Assembly: GCA_041862235.1 (NCBI GenBank)
Contig: JBGVSY010000120.1
Span: forward strand, 1 to 62,361
Reading direction: 5' to 3'
Length of the DNA stretch: 62,361 nucleotides
Source of the DNA: Nitrososphaeria archaeon
GTDB lineage: Archaea; Thermoproteota; Nitrososphaeria_A; Caldarchaeales; JAVZCJ01
This document shows positions 26,979 to 35,048 of this stretch, one piece after another (the stretch's first letter is position 1; each line of letters starts with the position of its first letter). A program made the position numbers and the translations under genes. The notes under the pieces are model-generated. The model was not told the DNA's origin and searched no databases. It was given only the letters and a program-made list of their open reading frames with translations.

Positions 26979-27482
26979 TTGCAGACCGTGGCTGAGCTGC
27001 CTGAAGTGATGTGGGAAAAGAGATTAGCCCTAGAGTACAGGCAGCTCAGGGAGCACGAACCGCTCTTTGACCTAGTAGAGAACGACCTTACTCACTACAT
27101 GGGAGTGATAGCGGGATCCAGTCTCTACGATGATGGCTACTTCAAGGTCGAGATCTTCCTGCCTCGAAGCTTTCCTTTCATACCACCTAACATAATCTGG
27201 CACACTCGAATCTGGCATCCGAACTTCTCTGACGACCTCCCTGCTCGAATATGCGAATCGATTTTCAAGGAAGATTGGTCTCCTTCCGTTCACGTGTACG
27301 CCATAATTGAAGCCCTCCGTAGCCTTGTAACGGACCCTAACCCCGACGACCCGCTGAACGGCATGGCTGCCATGGAGATGAAGTATAGACCAGACATGTT
27401 TCGTGCACATGTGCTCCAGTACGTGGAGTGCTATGCCACTCCAGAGCAGGCGTTCTACGACGTCGGCTGGAGAATATCCTAG
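26979..27482 (+). CDS. ubiquitin-conjugating enzyme (E2, UBC fold)
   Basis: UBC hallmarks are RLALEYRQL, YDDGYFKVEIFLPRSFPFIPPNIIWHTRIWHPNF (HPN motif), ARICESIF (catalytic Cys), WSPS and DPNPDDPLN. The start is 4 nt after the ubiquitin stop; the start codon is uncertain (TTG 26979, GTG 26988 or ATG 27009). Confidence 0.85.
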   Translation: MQTVAELPEVMWEKRLALEYRQLREHEPLFDLVENDLTHYMGVIAGSSLYDDGYFKVEIFLPRSFPFIPPNIIWHTRIWHPNFSDDLPARICESIFKEDWSPSVHVYAIIEALRSLVTDPNPDDPLNGMAAMEMKYRPDMFRAHVLQYVECYATPEQAFYDVGWRIS

Positions 27483-28652
27483 TTGTGCCCCTCGGACATG
27501 GAACGCTACGATAGGCAGCTGCGGGTCAAAGGTTGGGATCAGAGGAAACTCCAGGGATCGATGGCTCTCGTTGTGGGAGTTGGGGCCATAGGCTGCGAGG
27601 TGGCGAAGAATCTCGGCCTCATGGGCATCGGCTCTCTGATCCTGGTTGACAGCGACCGTGTTGAGGTTTCAAACCTGAGTAGGCAGATGCTTTTCGCAGA
27701 GAGAGATGTGGGACGGCCGAAAGCTATCGTCGCCAAGAGAAGGATCAGAGCCATGAACCCAGACGCTAAGATAACTGCCCATCACGTCCGCGTGCAGGAT
27801 ATCGCTCAGGCAAAGCTTGAGAAGGCGGATGTGATCTGTTCATGCGTCGACAATTGGGCGACCCGCCGCTGGCTGAACTCCTCTGCCGTAGAGCTTGGGA
27901 AGCCCATGGTTGACGGCGCCATGGATGGGATGTATGGTAACGTCCAGGTCATCATACCAGGGGAAACCGCTTGCGTCGAGTGTCACGGCGACACGCTGAT
28001 TCCTAGTGATGTGCAGCTCGCTGAGTGCACTCTGAAGAAAAGGACCCCTCAGGATCTGGTGAGGGACCTAGGAGAAGAAGGAACTGAAATCGACCAATCG
28101 TTCGCCGTGAAGTTGTATGCAGCTGGGTTCAAGACGATCTACGACCTCAAGTATGCCACGTCTGAGCACATGGGGAGGCTCGGCGAGGCCGACGCTCAAC
28201 GCGTGACTGCTTTGCAGGAGAAGCTAATGCCTCCCATGCCCGCCTTGCAGACCGTGGCTGCCGTTGTTGCTGGTATCCAATCTCAAGAAGTTGTGAAGCT
28301 CCTAGAGGGAAATGCGATCGGCCGAACCAAGGATGGGCTGATGGTCTACGACGCCGTCAACGAGACTTTCTCTTCCGTTGAGCTGGACAGAAATCGGGAC
28401 TGCTTTGTCTGCGGCGAGTACTACAATACCGGATACCTGACGTTCCAGGTTCAGCTCCGTGAGAAGGTTGAGGACCTCAAGAGGAGGATTGCAGAGTCCT
28501 TCGGCTACCCAGACCCAGACGTGCAGTTCAGGACAAAGATTCTCAGAGACGAGGAGGCGCTTTCGGAAGCAAATATTAAGGACGGCGACCTCATACATGT
28601 CCACACGAGTAGGAGGCTAAGTCCGCTCACCCTCAAGCTCAGTGCTGAATAG
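27483..28652 (+). CDS. ubiquitin-activating enzyme (E1-like, ThiF/MoeB/Uba family) with C-terminal beta-grasp-like extension
   Basis: Motifs are YDRQLR, the nucleotide loop VVGVGAIGCEVAKNLGLMGIG..LVDSD.VEVSNLSRQ, paired CxxC (CVEC, CFVC), and a candidate catalytic Cys in AECTLKK. It directly abuts the E2 stop (TTG 27483 or ATG 27498). Confidence 0.85.
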   Translation: MCPSDMERYDRQLRVKGWDQRKLQGSMALVVGVGAIGCEVAKNLGLMGIGSLILVDSDRVEVSNLSRQMLFAERDVGRPKAIVAKRRIRAMNPDAKITAHHVRVQDIAQAKLEKADVICSCVDNWATRRWLNSSAVELGKPMVDGAMDGMYGNVQVIIPGETACVECHGDTLIPSDVQLAECTLKKRTPQDLVRDLGEEGTEIDQSFAVKLYAAGFKTIYDLKYATSEHMGRLGEADAQRVTALQEKLMPPMPALQTVAAVVAGIQSQEVVKLLEGNAIGRTKDGLMVYDAVNETFSSVELDRNRDCFVCGEYYNTGYLTFQVQLREKVEDLKRRIAESFGYPDPDVQFRTKILRDEEALSEANIKDGDLIHVHTSRRLSPLTLKLSAE

Positions 28653-28655
28653 GAT

Positions 28656-28913
28656 GTGTTTCAAGTGAGGATAGAGGTGAAAGAAGGGAAGAGCCTGGGG
28701 CTATGGGACTGGGGAGAAAAAGCGTCGAGGAAGCAGCGGAAGAGAGGCAGGCTGGTCTGTGCTGTGTGCACGCTGCCGATGAACCGAACAGATGAGAGGT
28801 ACTCTTGCCCTCACTGCCGCGCGGAGGGACACTACCAATGCTTCGTGGAATGGCTTAACGTCAAGGGTACGTGCCCCTACTGCAGACGACCCGTCATAGA
28901 GGTAATAGTATGA
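28656..28913 (+). CDS. small RING-type zinc finger protein (C4HC3; candidate E3)
   Basis: The pattern is C-x2-C-x12-C-x2-C-x4-H-x2-C-x10-C-x2-C (CAVC...CPHC...HYQC FVEW ... CPYC), with the conserved Trp after H-x2-C as in RING-H2 fingers. The GTG start is 3 nt after the E1 stop. Confidence 0.75.
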   Translation: MFQVRIEVKEGKSLGLWDWGEKASRKQRKRGRLVCAVCTLPMNRTDERYSCPHCRAEGHYQCFVEWLNVKGTCPYCRRPVIEVIV

Positions 28914-29257
28914 GTGACGAAGATGTCTTTGAGCTGGAGCTGTCCTATGTAGAAACGCCCAAGGGAAAGGTGTCGGCCCATGAAACCAGCAAAAAGATCG
29001 CCGAGGCAATACTCATGATTCAAGAAGAGAATAGAAAGCTAGAGGAAAGGATTAGGCAGATAGAGCAGAGGGGCGGAACCCTTCAAGGCACCGAGGAACT
29101 CAAGAAGGAGCTCGCCAACATCCACAAGGAGTTAGAGGACGTCATGGCTCAGCTGGATGCCTTGAAGGATGCTTTCCAGGAAATCATAGAAACCATGAGA
29201 GGCGCAAAGGAGGATCAACCCCCAGAGAGCGAGCCGGAGCAAGCTGTTCTTCGCTAG
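28910..29257 (+). CDS. small coiled-coil protein, translationally coupled to the RING gene
   Basis: Its ATG overlaps the RING stop (ATGA). The product is a single long Glu/Lys/Leu-rich helix (EENRKLEERIRQIEQRGG...ELKKELANIHKELEDVMAQLDALKDAF). Confidence 0.6.
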   Translation: MSDEDVFELELSYVETPKGKVSAHETSKKIAEAILMIQEENRKLEERIRQIEQRGGTLQGTEELKKELANIHKELEDVMAQLDALKDAFQEIIETMRGAKEDQPPESEPEQAVLR

Positions 29258-30111
29258 GGCTTAAGAACCGCTTCCCTCATTTCCCTTACTATCTTTTCCA
29301 GTCTGTTTCTTGTCTTCTCCAAATCGGCTATGTCGGATCTGATCGAGTCTCTTCTCTTCTCCAGCTTCACGAGTTCAGCGTTTGCTTCGCTGAGTCTCTC
29401 CTCTGCCTCTTCTGCTTTTTTCTCCCTCTCCTGGAGCCGCACCACAGCGTCAGCTAGCTCCTTTTCTTTGCGCACGAGACGCTCCAGCCTCAGCTCCCTG
29501 AACTTGAATGACCTGTCGAGCCTCCTGATTTGATCGTCAAGCTGGCCTTTGGATTCTTCGAGCTTCTTCAGGTAGCCATTACTCAACTCCTTGATTTCTG
29601 CGTCCAGCTCAGATTTGCGGCTCTCAAGCTTCTCCAAGTTCTCCTTCGCGGAAAGGAACGCCTGCTCCTTCTCCTGGGTCTCCCTCCTCCACGTCGCCAA
29701 CTCATCCCTCAGCTTCTTCAACTCCTCTCTTTCCTGAGCCAACTTGTCCACGTCTTTCCTCACCATCTCGCGTTCCTTTCCGAGGACGTCGATGAGGTTG
29801 TGCAGACCCTCCTGAATGGACATCACTCTCACCTCATAGTCCTGAACAGCGGACAGAGCGGCCGACAAGCTATCTACCCTTTGCAACATGGTCTGAATAC
29901 GGCTGATCGATTCTTGGGAGATCTCGCTCTGCTGAGGCATCTTCTCCATCCTTGTCGAGAGCCCCTTGACACTATCCTCAACTCCCCCTACCTTGTCATC
30001 AAGTTCTGAAATGGATTCACGAATGCTGGAGAGGTAGTTTTCAAGCTCCTTCGGCAGGTCGCTCTTGCCTCCAAAAAGCTTGCTACCCAAGGGGTTCCAC
30101 CAAGCTACCAT
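29254..30111 (-). CDS. long coiled-coil protein (285 aa)
   Basis: It shows heptad-rich Glu/Lys/Leu/Arg composition throughout. It is convergent with the ubiquitin operon, and the 3' ends overlap by 4 nt. Confidence 0.6.
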   Translation of the reverse strand: MVAWWNPLGSKLFGGKSDLPKELENYLSSIRESISELDDKVGGVEDSVKGLSTRMEKMPQQSEISQESISRIQTMLQRVDSLSAALSAVQDYEVRVMSIQEGLHNLIDVLGKEREMVRKDVDKLAQEREELKKLRDELATWRRETQEKEQAFLSAKENLEKLESRKSELDAEIKELSNGYLKKLEESKGQLDDQIRRLDRSFKFRELRLERLVRKEKELADAVVRLQEREKKAEEAEERLSEANAELVKLEKRRDSIRSDIADLEKTRNRLEKIVREMREAVLKP

Positions 30112-30224
30112 TCTCCGATTGGAGGACCATATAAAAACCTGTTGTTTCCCTAGGGTGGAATGTACTCAGGCTGAAAACGTTTATATCAAAACGGCCGAGA
30201 CCTCGGGCGTAAAAGCCCACAGAG

Positions 30225-31013
30225 TTGGTTTCCGTGTATCTTGGCGTACAGGAGGCCGAGAGAAGGCTCTTCAGGATGGCCCTGATCGCGGGGGTAGTTG
30301 GTTTCATCAATATCGCCAGCCTCTTTCTGAGCTGGTATGTCCATACAGCTGAGAACCTCCAGTCGGAACCGATCATGGGATACATGCGGGTTGAGACGCT
30401 GGCCCTCTCGCTGTTTGGGGGAGTTGTCGCAAGCGCGAGTGCTCTCTCATCTTGGTTAGCGAAGAGACTGAAGCAAATCAAGAGGGCAGAGTCAAGCCTG
30501 GCCCTGGTGGGCGGGGTCATGTCGATCCTCTCCCCCATCGTGATGATCACGAGGATTGTTCCCGGGTTGGAGGAGGCAGGAGGAGGCGGCTATTTCGACG
30601 TGGGGTTGTTCGTCTCAGCGATCTCTGCCGCTGCCGTGGTCCTTGTCGGAGTTTTCATATCGCTCATACCAGTGAGTGCTGAGGAGCCTCGATCGATCGT
30701 GTCCGTTGCTGTGCCTTCGCCCTCACGCCGGACTGCAACTTCGACAACTTTTCCGCCGGCGTTGCTGACCGAGGCTCCCCCTATAGAGAGGCGCCGCGAG
30801 GTGAGAACAGTCGTGATGGAATCGGTAGACGAGCTAGTCGAAGGAGCCATGTGCACGATTTGCTACCAGCCTCTGGAATTGGGGTCCACTGTGAAGTGCT
30901 CGGCTTGTGCAGCTCTCTACCACCAAGGATGTGTGGACGTGTGGGTCGACCTGAACGGAATCTGCCCTAACTGCAAGAATCCCGTGGAGACAACGTACCC
31001 CCGGGAAGAGTAA
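30225..31013 (+). CDS. multi-pass membrane protein with C-terminal RING-type (C4HC3) zinc finger
   Basis: It has about four TM helices, a Ser/Pro/Thr linker, and then C-x2-C-x11-C-x2-C-x4-H-x2-C-x10-C-x2-C (CTIC...CSAC...HQGC VDVW...CPNC). The cysteine spacing is nearly identical to 28656..28913. The likely start is ATG 30276, preceded by GGAGG. Confidence 0.7.
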   Translation: MVSVYLGVQEAERRLFRMALIAGVVGFINIASLFLSWYVHTAENLQSEPIMGYMRVETLALSLFGGVVASASALSSWLAKRLKQIKRAESSLALVGGVMSILSPIVMITRIVPGLEEAGGGGYFDVGLFVSAISAAAVVLVGVFISLIPVSAEEPRSIVSVAVPSPSRRTATSTTFPPALLTEAPPIERRREVRTVVMESVDELVEGAMCTICYQPLELGSTVKCSACAALYHQGCVDVWVDLNGICPNCKNPVETTYPREE

Positions 31014-31018
31014 ATAGA

Positions 31019-32482
31019 TTAGCCCGATGGAAACGAGACCTTCTCCCGAATGTGGCCAAGAACCGCGTCGACACCAGTCCTATCCTGCAGCATTGTGTCC
31101 CTGTCCCTAACGGTCACTGTCTTATCTTCCATAGTCTGGTAGTCGACAGTCACGCAGCAAGGAGTTCCCACTTCGTCTTGTCTTCGGTACCTTCTGCCGA
31201 TGCTTCCACTGTCATCATAGAACACGTCGAAGCTCGTGCGCAACATGTTGTGGATTCTCTTCGCCTCATCGGGGAGCCCCTTTCTGTTGACCAGGGGAAA
31301 CACTGCTACCTGAATGGGAGCTAGGTATGGAGGCACCTTGAGAACGACCCTCTCCTTTTCTCTGGTCAAGCTGTGCTCCATGATGGAGTAGACGGTCCTA
31401 TCTATGCCCATGGACAATTCGAAGACGTGAGGAAGAACCTTTCCCTCATCCATGATGGCAAGGTCTCTGCCGCTTTCCCTTGCGTGGCCTCGGAGGTCGT
31501 AGTCAGTACGGTAGTTGCACGCCACCAGCTCCAGCCAACCCAGACTGGTTCTAACCTCCAAGTCCCAGCCCTGCTCAGCGTAGAATGCTCTTTCCTCAGC
31601 ACCCATCTCTCTATACCGCATTTCACTTCCCGGAATACCGGTCTTGTCGTAGAATTGCTGCAGCAGGGCCATGTAGTAGGCGATCAATTCGTTGGCTATC
31701 AGACCCTCCTTGACCGCCTGCTTGCAGCTAAACGGCTTTGTCTCACTGCTGTCGAGCGGCTGGATGGATAACTCATAGTCCTCAACGAGTCTGAACTTGT
31801 GGTAGTCTCCCGCTTTCGCCGGGTTGAAGAAGATCTCAATCTCAGCCTGGATCATTTCTCTCAGTCTTATCAAACCTTGACGCGGCGAGATTTCGTTCCT
31901 GAAGCTTCTTCCAACTTGGGCGAGAGCAGCAGGCAGCTTGCATCTCATTGTCCTGAAGACTCGGGGAAAGTCAAGGAAGATACTCTGGCACGTCTCCGGA
32001 CGGAGATAGGCCGGAGCCGCCTCTCTTGCCCCAACACCCAGCTTGAACATCATGTTGAATCTCCTAGTTTTCGATAGTTGGCCTCCGCACTTGGGGCATC
32101 GGGCCTGGTTCTTCTCCAGAAGTCCGTCAAGCTCCTTCTCTGACAGCTTCTCCGGAACCAATGCGCCGATGATCTGCTCGATCAACTTGTCAGCCCTATG
32201 GACGCTGCCACACCTAAGGCACTCGACAACGGGATCCGCGAAGCCTTTCAGGTGTCCGCTCGCTGCAAAGACGCGTTCAGGCAAGATTACGGAGCCATCC
32301 ACTTCCAGCATGCCATCTCTTCTAACCATTTCCCTTCTCCACAGCTCAACCACCCTGTTCTTCAGAGAAACGCCTAGGGGACCATACTCCCAGAAACCAG
32401 CCAGCGCGTCTCCATAGATCTCAGCGGCAGGAAAGAAGAAGCACCTTTCCAAAGCCAGCTTGGCAACTTCTTCGTAGCCCAC
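31019..32482 (-). CDS. glyS: glycine--tRNA ligase (archaeal/eukaryotic alpha2 type)
   Basis: Motifs are AEIYGDALAGFWEYGPLG, class II motif 2 (FRNEISPRQGLIRLREMIQAEIEIF), ELSMGIDR, and a C-terminal anticodon-binding domain. The start is GTG. Confidence 0.85.
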   Translation of the reverse strand: MGYEEVAKLALERCFFFPAAEIYGDALAGFWEYGPLGVSLKNRVVELWRREMVRRDGMLEVDGSVILPERVFAASGHLKGFADPVVECLRCGSVHRADKLIEQIIGALVPEKLSEKELDGLLEKNQARCPKCGGQLSKTRRFNMMFKLGVGAREAAPAYLRPETCQSIFLDFPRVFRTMRCKLPAALAQVGRSFRNEISPRQGLIRLREMIQAEIEIFFNPAKAGDYHKFRLVEDYELSIQPLDSSETKPFSCKQAVKEGLIANELIAYYMALLQQFYDKTGIPGSEMRYREMGAEERAFYAEQGWDLEVRTSLGWLELVACNYRTDYDLRGHARESGRDLAIMDEGKVLPHVFELSMGIDRTVYSIMEHSLTREKERVVLKVPPYLAPIQVAVFPLVNRKGLPDEAKRIHNMLRTSFDVFYDDSGSIGRRYRRQDEVGTPCCVTVDYQTMEDKTVTVRDRDTMLQDRTGVDAVLGHIREKVSFPSG

Positions 32483-32581
32483 GACAGCTCGCCGTTGAGC
32501 GAAGATGAACGCGGTTTTTAACCCTATGCGTGAGATCTTGTCTTCTTGATCGACTTAGTTGGTCTGAAAAACTTATAGCTC

Positions 32582-33298
32582 GTGTCGGTCTTGTGGACTC
32601 ACAGACAACGACTAGTGCGGTGGCGGGCATTGGTTTTTCCCAGAGATAGAGAAGAGGAGTTTCAAGGCAGGCTGGCCGCCTTAGCCCAACAACAGATTCG
32701 CAAGGTCTTGGACTGCCTTCGTAGCCTTGCTTTGATGATGGAAACACTCCTCGAGGGAAAGGGGGGAACCAAGGCAGTCGAGCAGAGTCAGCGACGAGTA
32801 CTGGAGAGCGAAACTGAGGCGAGGGAGGAAAGGCGGGTCATAGAAAGCGAGATTGCCAAGGTCGGGGCAATCCTGGCCAACAGAGAAGACTTCATGAGAC
32901 TCGTCGACGACATCGACAAGATAGCCGACTTGACCGAGGGAATCTCCTTCAGAATCGTATGGCTGTCAAGGGGCAAGATGAAGCCCAAGAAGAACGTCCT
33001 CAATGAGCTGCGCAGCATGACTGAAGCCGTTTTGGTGGCGGTTACGAGGGTGAGAGAGGCACTCCTAGCCGTCACCTTGAGCGCTGAGACCTTCTCGGCA
33101 AAAATCAAAGAGACAGAAGACGCGGAGCGGAAAGTGGATGAGATGTACCGGCGAACCGACTTGATGATTCTTGAAAGTGACATGAAGATCGCTCCTCTGT
33201 TGCTTACCAGAGAGGTGGCAATGATGCTTGAGGATGTTGCAGACAAGGCGGAGGAGGCTGCAGACACATTGCGCCTCCTTTCGCTTGCACTTCTGTAG
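32582..33298 (+). CDS. DUF47/PhoU-like helical-bundle protein
   Basis: It is all-helical with two repeats. The blocks REDFMRLVDDIDKIADLTEGI and MMLEDVADKAEEAADTL resemble the DUF47 (TIGR00153) family. An in-frame GTG at 32615 is a plausible alternative start. Confidence 0.5.
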   Translation: MSVLWTHRQRLVRWRALVFPRDREEEFQGRLAALAQQQIRKVLDCLRSLALMMETLLEGKGGTKAVEQSQRRVLESETEAREERRVIESEIAKVGAILANREDFMRLVDDIDKIADLTEGISFRIVWLSRGKMKPKKNVLNELRSMTEAVLVAVTRVREALLAVTLSAETFSAKIKETEDAERKVDEMYRRTDLMILESDMKIAPLLLTREVAMMLEDVADKAEEAADTLRLLSLALL

Positions 33299-33869
33299 GT
33301 GGTGTGCTTCGACGAGTCACGAGGAACGCGTCGAGGCTGAGCTCGTGGAAGGGAACATCATAGTCTGGAAACCTGAGGATGGACGAAGGCTGTTCGGGAA
33401 GGGCTACTACGGCAAACCGCTAGGGGTACCGAAGCCGAAGTCAAACGACTTCAATGTTCCCCTCATCCTGGATCTAATCGAAGCCATGTATCTCCTGGAG
33501 AAGGGGCTCATCAAGGTAACGATGAGCGGACAAGAGCTTTCAGCTGACGAGATACTCAGCCGTGGAGCTCAATCCTACGATCGGCTTCATGCAAAATACT
33601 TGGTCTACAGAGATCTGAGAGAGAAAGGATTCATAGTCACGCCGGGAATCAAGTTCGGGAGTGACTTCGCGGTGTATAAGCAGGGGCCTGGGATAGACCA
33701 CGCTCCGTTCATGATCCAAGTGACGTTGAAGAGTGATGAGTTCTCAGCGGCGGAAATTGTGCGATCAGGCAGACTTGCCACCACGGTCAAGAAGGAGTTC
33801 ACAGTCGCCGTTCCAGACCCTGTCAATGAGAAGGTTGAGTACATTACATTCAAGTGGTGGAAGGCGTAG
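33228..33869 (+). CDS. endA: tRNA-splicing endonuclease
   Basis: Motifs are LDLIEAMYLLEKG, YLVYRDLREKGFIVTPGIKFGSDFAVYKQGPGIDHAPFMIQV and VRSGRLATTVKKEF. The start is unclear: the only ATGs (33228, 33234) overlap the upstream gene by about 70 nt, and the next in-frame GTG (33345) would clip the conserved N-terminus. Confidence 0.8.
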   Translation: MRMLQTRRRRLQTHCASFRLHFCRWCASTSHEERVEAELVEGNIIVWKPEDGRRLFGKGYYGKPLGVPKPKSNDFNVPLILDLIEAMYLLEKGLIKVTMSGQELSADEILSRGAQSYDRLHAKYLVYRDLREKGFIVTPGIKFGSDFAVYKQGPGIDHAPFMIQVTLKSDEFSAAEIVRSGRLATTVKKEFTVAVPDPVNEKVEYITFKWWKA

Positions 33870-34114
33870 AGATCTTTCTCGATCCCTCAGGATGAAGCCG
33901 GGGATGGGAGTTGCATGCACCGCTTTTTCCGGCTACATTTTGCACCCATGTAAAGCGGCTTTCCTCAACGGGGTCTGCAGGCCGCCGCCTGACTGCTCGG
34001 CCACCCCGGCGCGAAGCACCAATTCGCGCGGTTCCCAAATAAACCTTTGCGTAGGTCTGTATATGCCGGCTTCTCTTCCGCAACTCTTATCCACACCAAG
34101 CTCCTGCCTTCCTC

Positions 34115-34894
34115 GTGAGTGAGATGTCTAGCAGACGAAGTGCTCTGAACCTGATATATAACAGGAGCACCGTGAGGCGGTTCAAGCCGGCCCCAATATC
34201 GGATGAGATGGTTCAGCTCATGGTGGAGAACGGTCAGAGAGCACCCACGTACTGCTCTTTTCAAGCGTATTCCTTCATATTGGTGAAAGATGAAGAGAAA
34301 AAGAAAGCGATAGCGCAAATGCACGCGGAAGAGGCTGTTCTGGACGCATCGATCTGGGTGGTAATCTGCGCCGACCTCAACAGGCTGGAGAAGACGCTGG
34401 ACATCCTAGGACATGATCACGCGTTGAAACGCAATAGCTTCACGGCGGGCAAAGTACTGAGTATCTTCGATGCGGCACTGGCGGCAGAGAACATGGTTTT
34501 GACCGCCGAGAGCTTGGGCCTGGGATCCGTCTTCCTAAGTATTGTAGAGGAAGCGGCGGAAGTGTCTAGGATTCTCCGACTCCCGCGCGGCGTCCTACCG
34601 ATAGCTCTCCTCTGCATCGGTGAGCCCGACGAGAGGCCGCCCAGAAGGCCGAGGTTACCCCTTGAGGTTGTGCTTCACACCGACGAGTACCGAGAGACCT
34701 CCAAGGAAGAGCTCTTTTCCTACCTCAAGGGAGCGGATGAAACTCTCAAGCTCGAGAATTACTACGTGAAATACACGGGAGGGCAGTACAGTCACGCAAT
34801 GCATCTCAAACTAAAAACACAGCATTCTCGTGAAAGAAACAAATGGAACTCGGCGCTGACGAAGTTCATTAGGAGGGCAGGCTTCGGAATCTAG
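34115..34894 (+). CDS. nitroreductase-family flavoprotein
   Basis: RSTVRRFKPAPISDEMVQLMVENGQRAPTYCSFQAYSFILVKD and AAENMVLTAESLGLGSVFL are typical nitroreductase-fold blocks. Confidence 0.75.
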   Translation: MSEMSSRRSALNLIYNRSTVRRFKPAPISDEMVQLMVENGQRAPTYCSFQAYSFILVKDEEKKKAIAQMHAEEAVLDASIWVVICADLNRLEKTLDILGHDHALKRNSFTAGKVLSIFDAALAAENMVLTAESLGLGSVFLSIVEEAAEVSRILRLPRGVLPIALLCIGEPDERPPRRPRLPLEVVLHTDEYRETSKEELFSYLKGADETLKLENYYVKYTGGQYSHAMHLKLKTQHSRERNKWNSALTKFIRRAGFGI

Positions 34895-35048
34895 CCGCAA
34901 CAGAGCGGAGGTTCTGACGGCAGATTTCAATCGGTCCCCATGGCTCCAACATGTGCTCCTGCAAACGCCCCCAGCGACATAACGTCATCGATCTGCTTCA
35001 GAAAGGGATATTTGCTGCCGGAGAGCGATCGATCGTAGTGTCCAAGCT

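Noticed and set aside
33870-34114. The 245-bp gap after endA has hairpins (GCCGG...CCGGC near 33897-33930, and CGCGAA-N7-TTCGCG near 34008-34026). I considered a possible ncRNA or tRNA.
   Set aside because: I could not fold a cloverleaf or find any known RNA motif. The hairpins are short and could be terminator-like or fortuitous.
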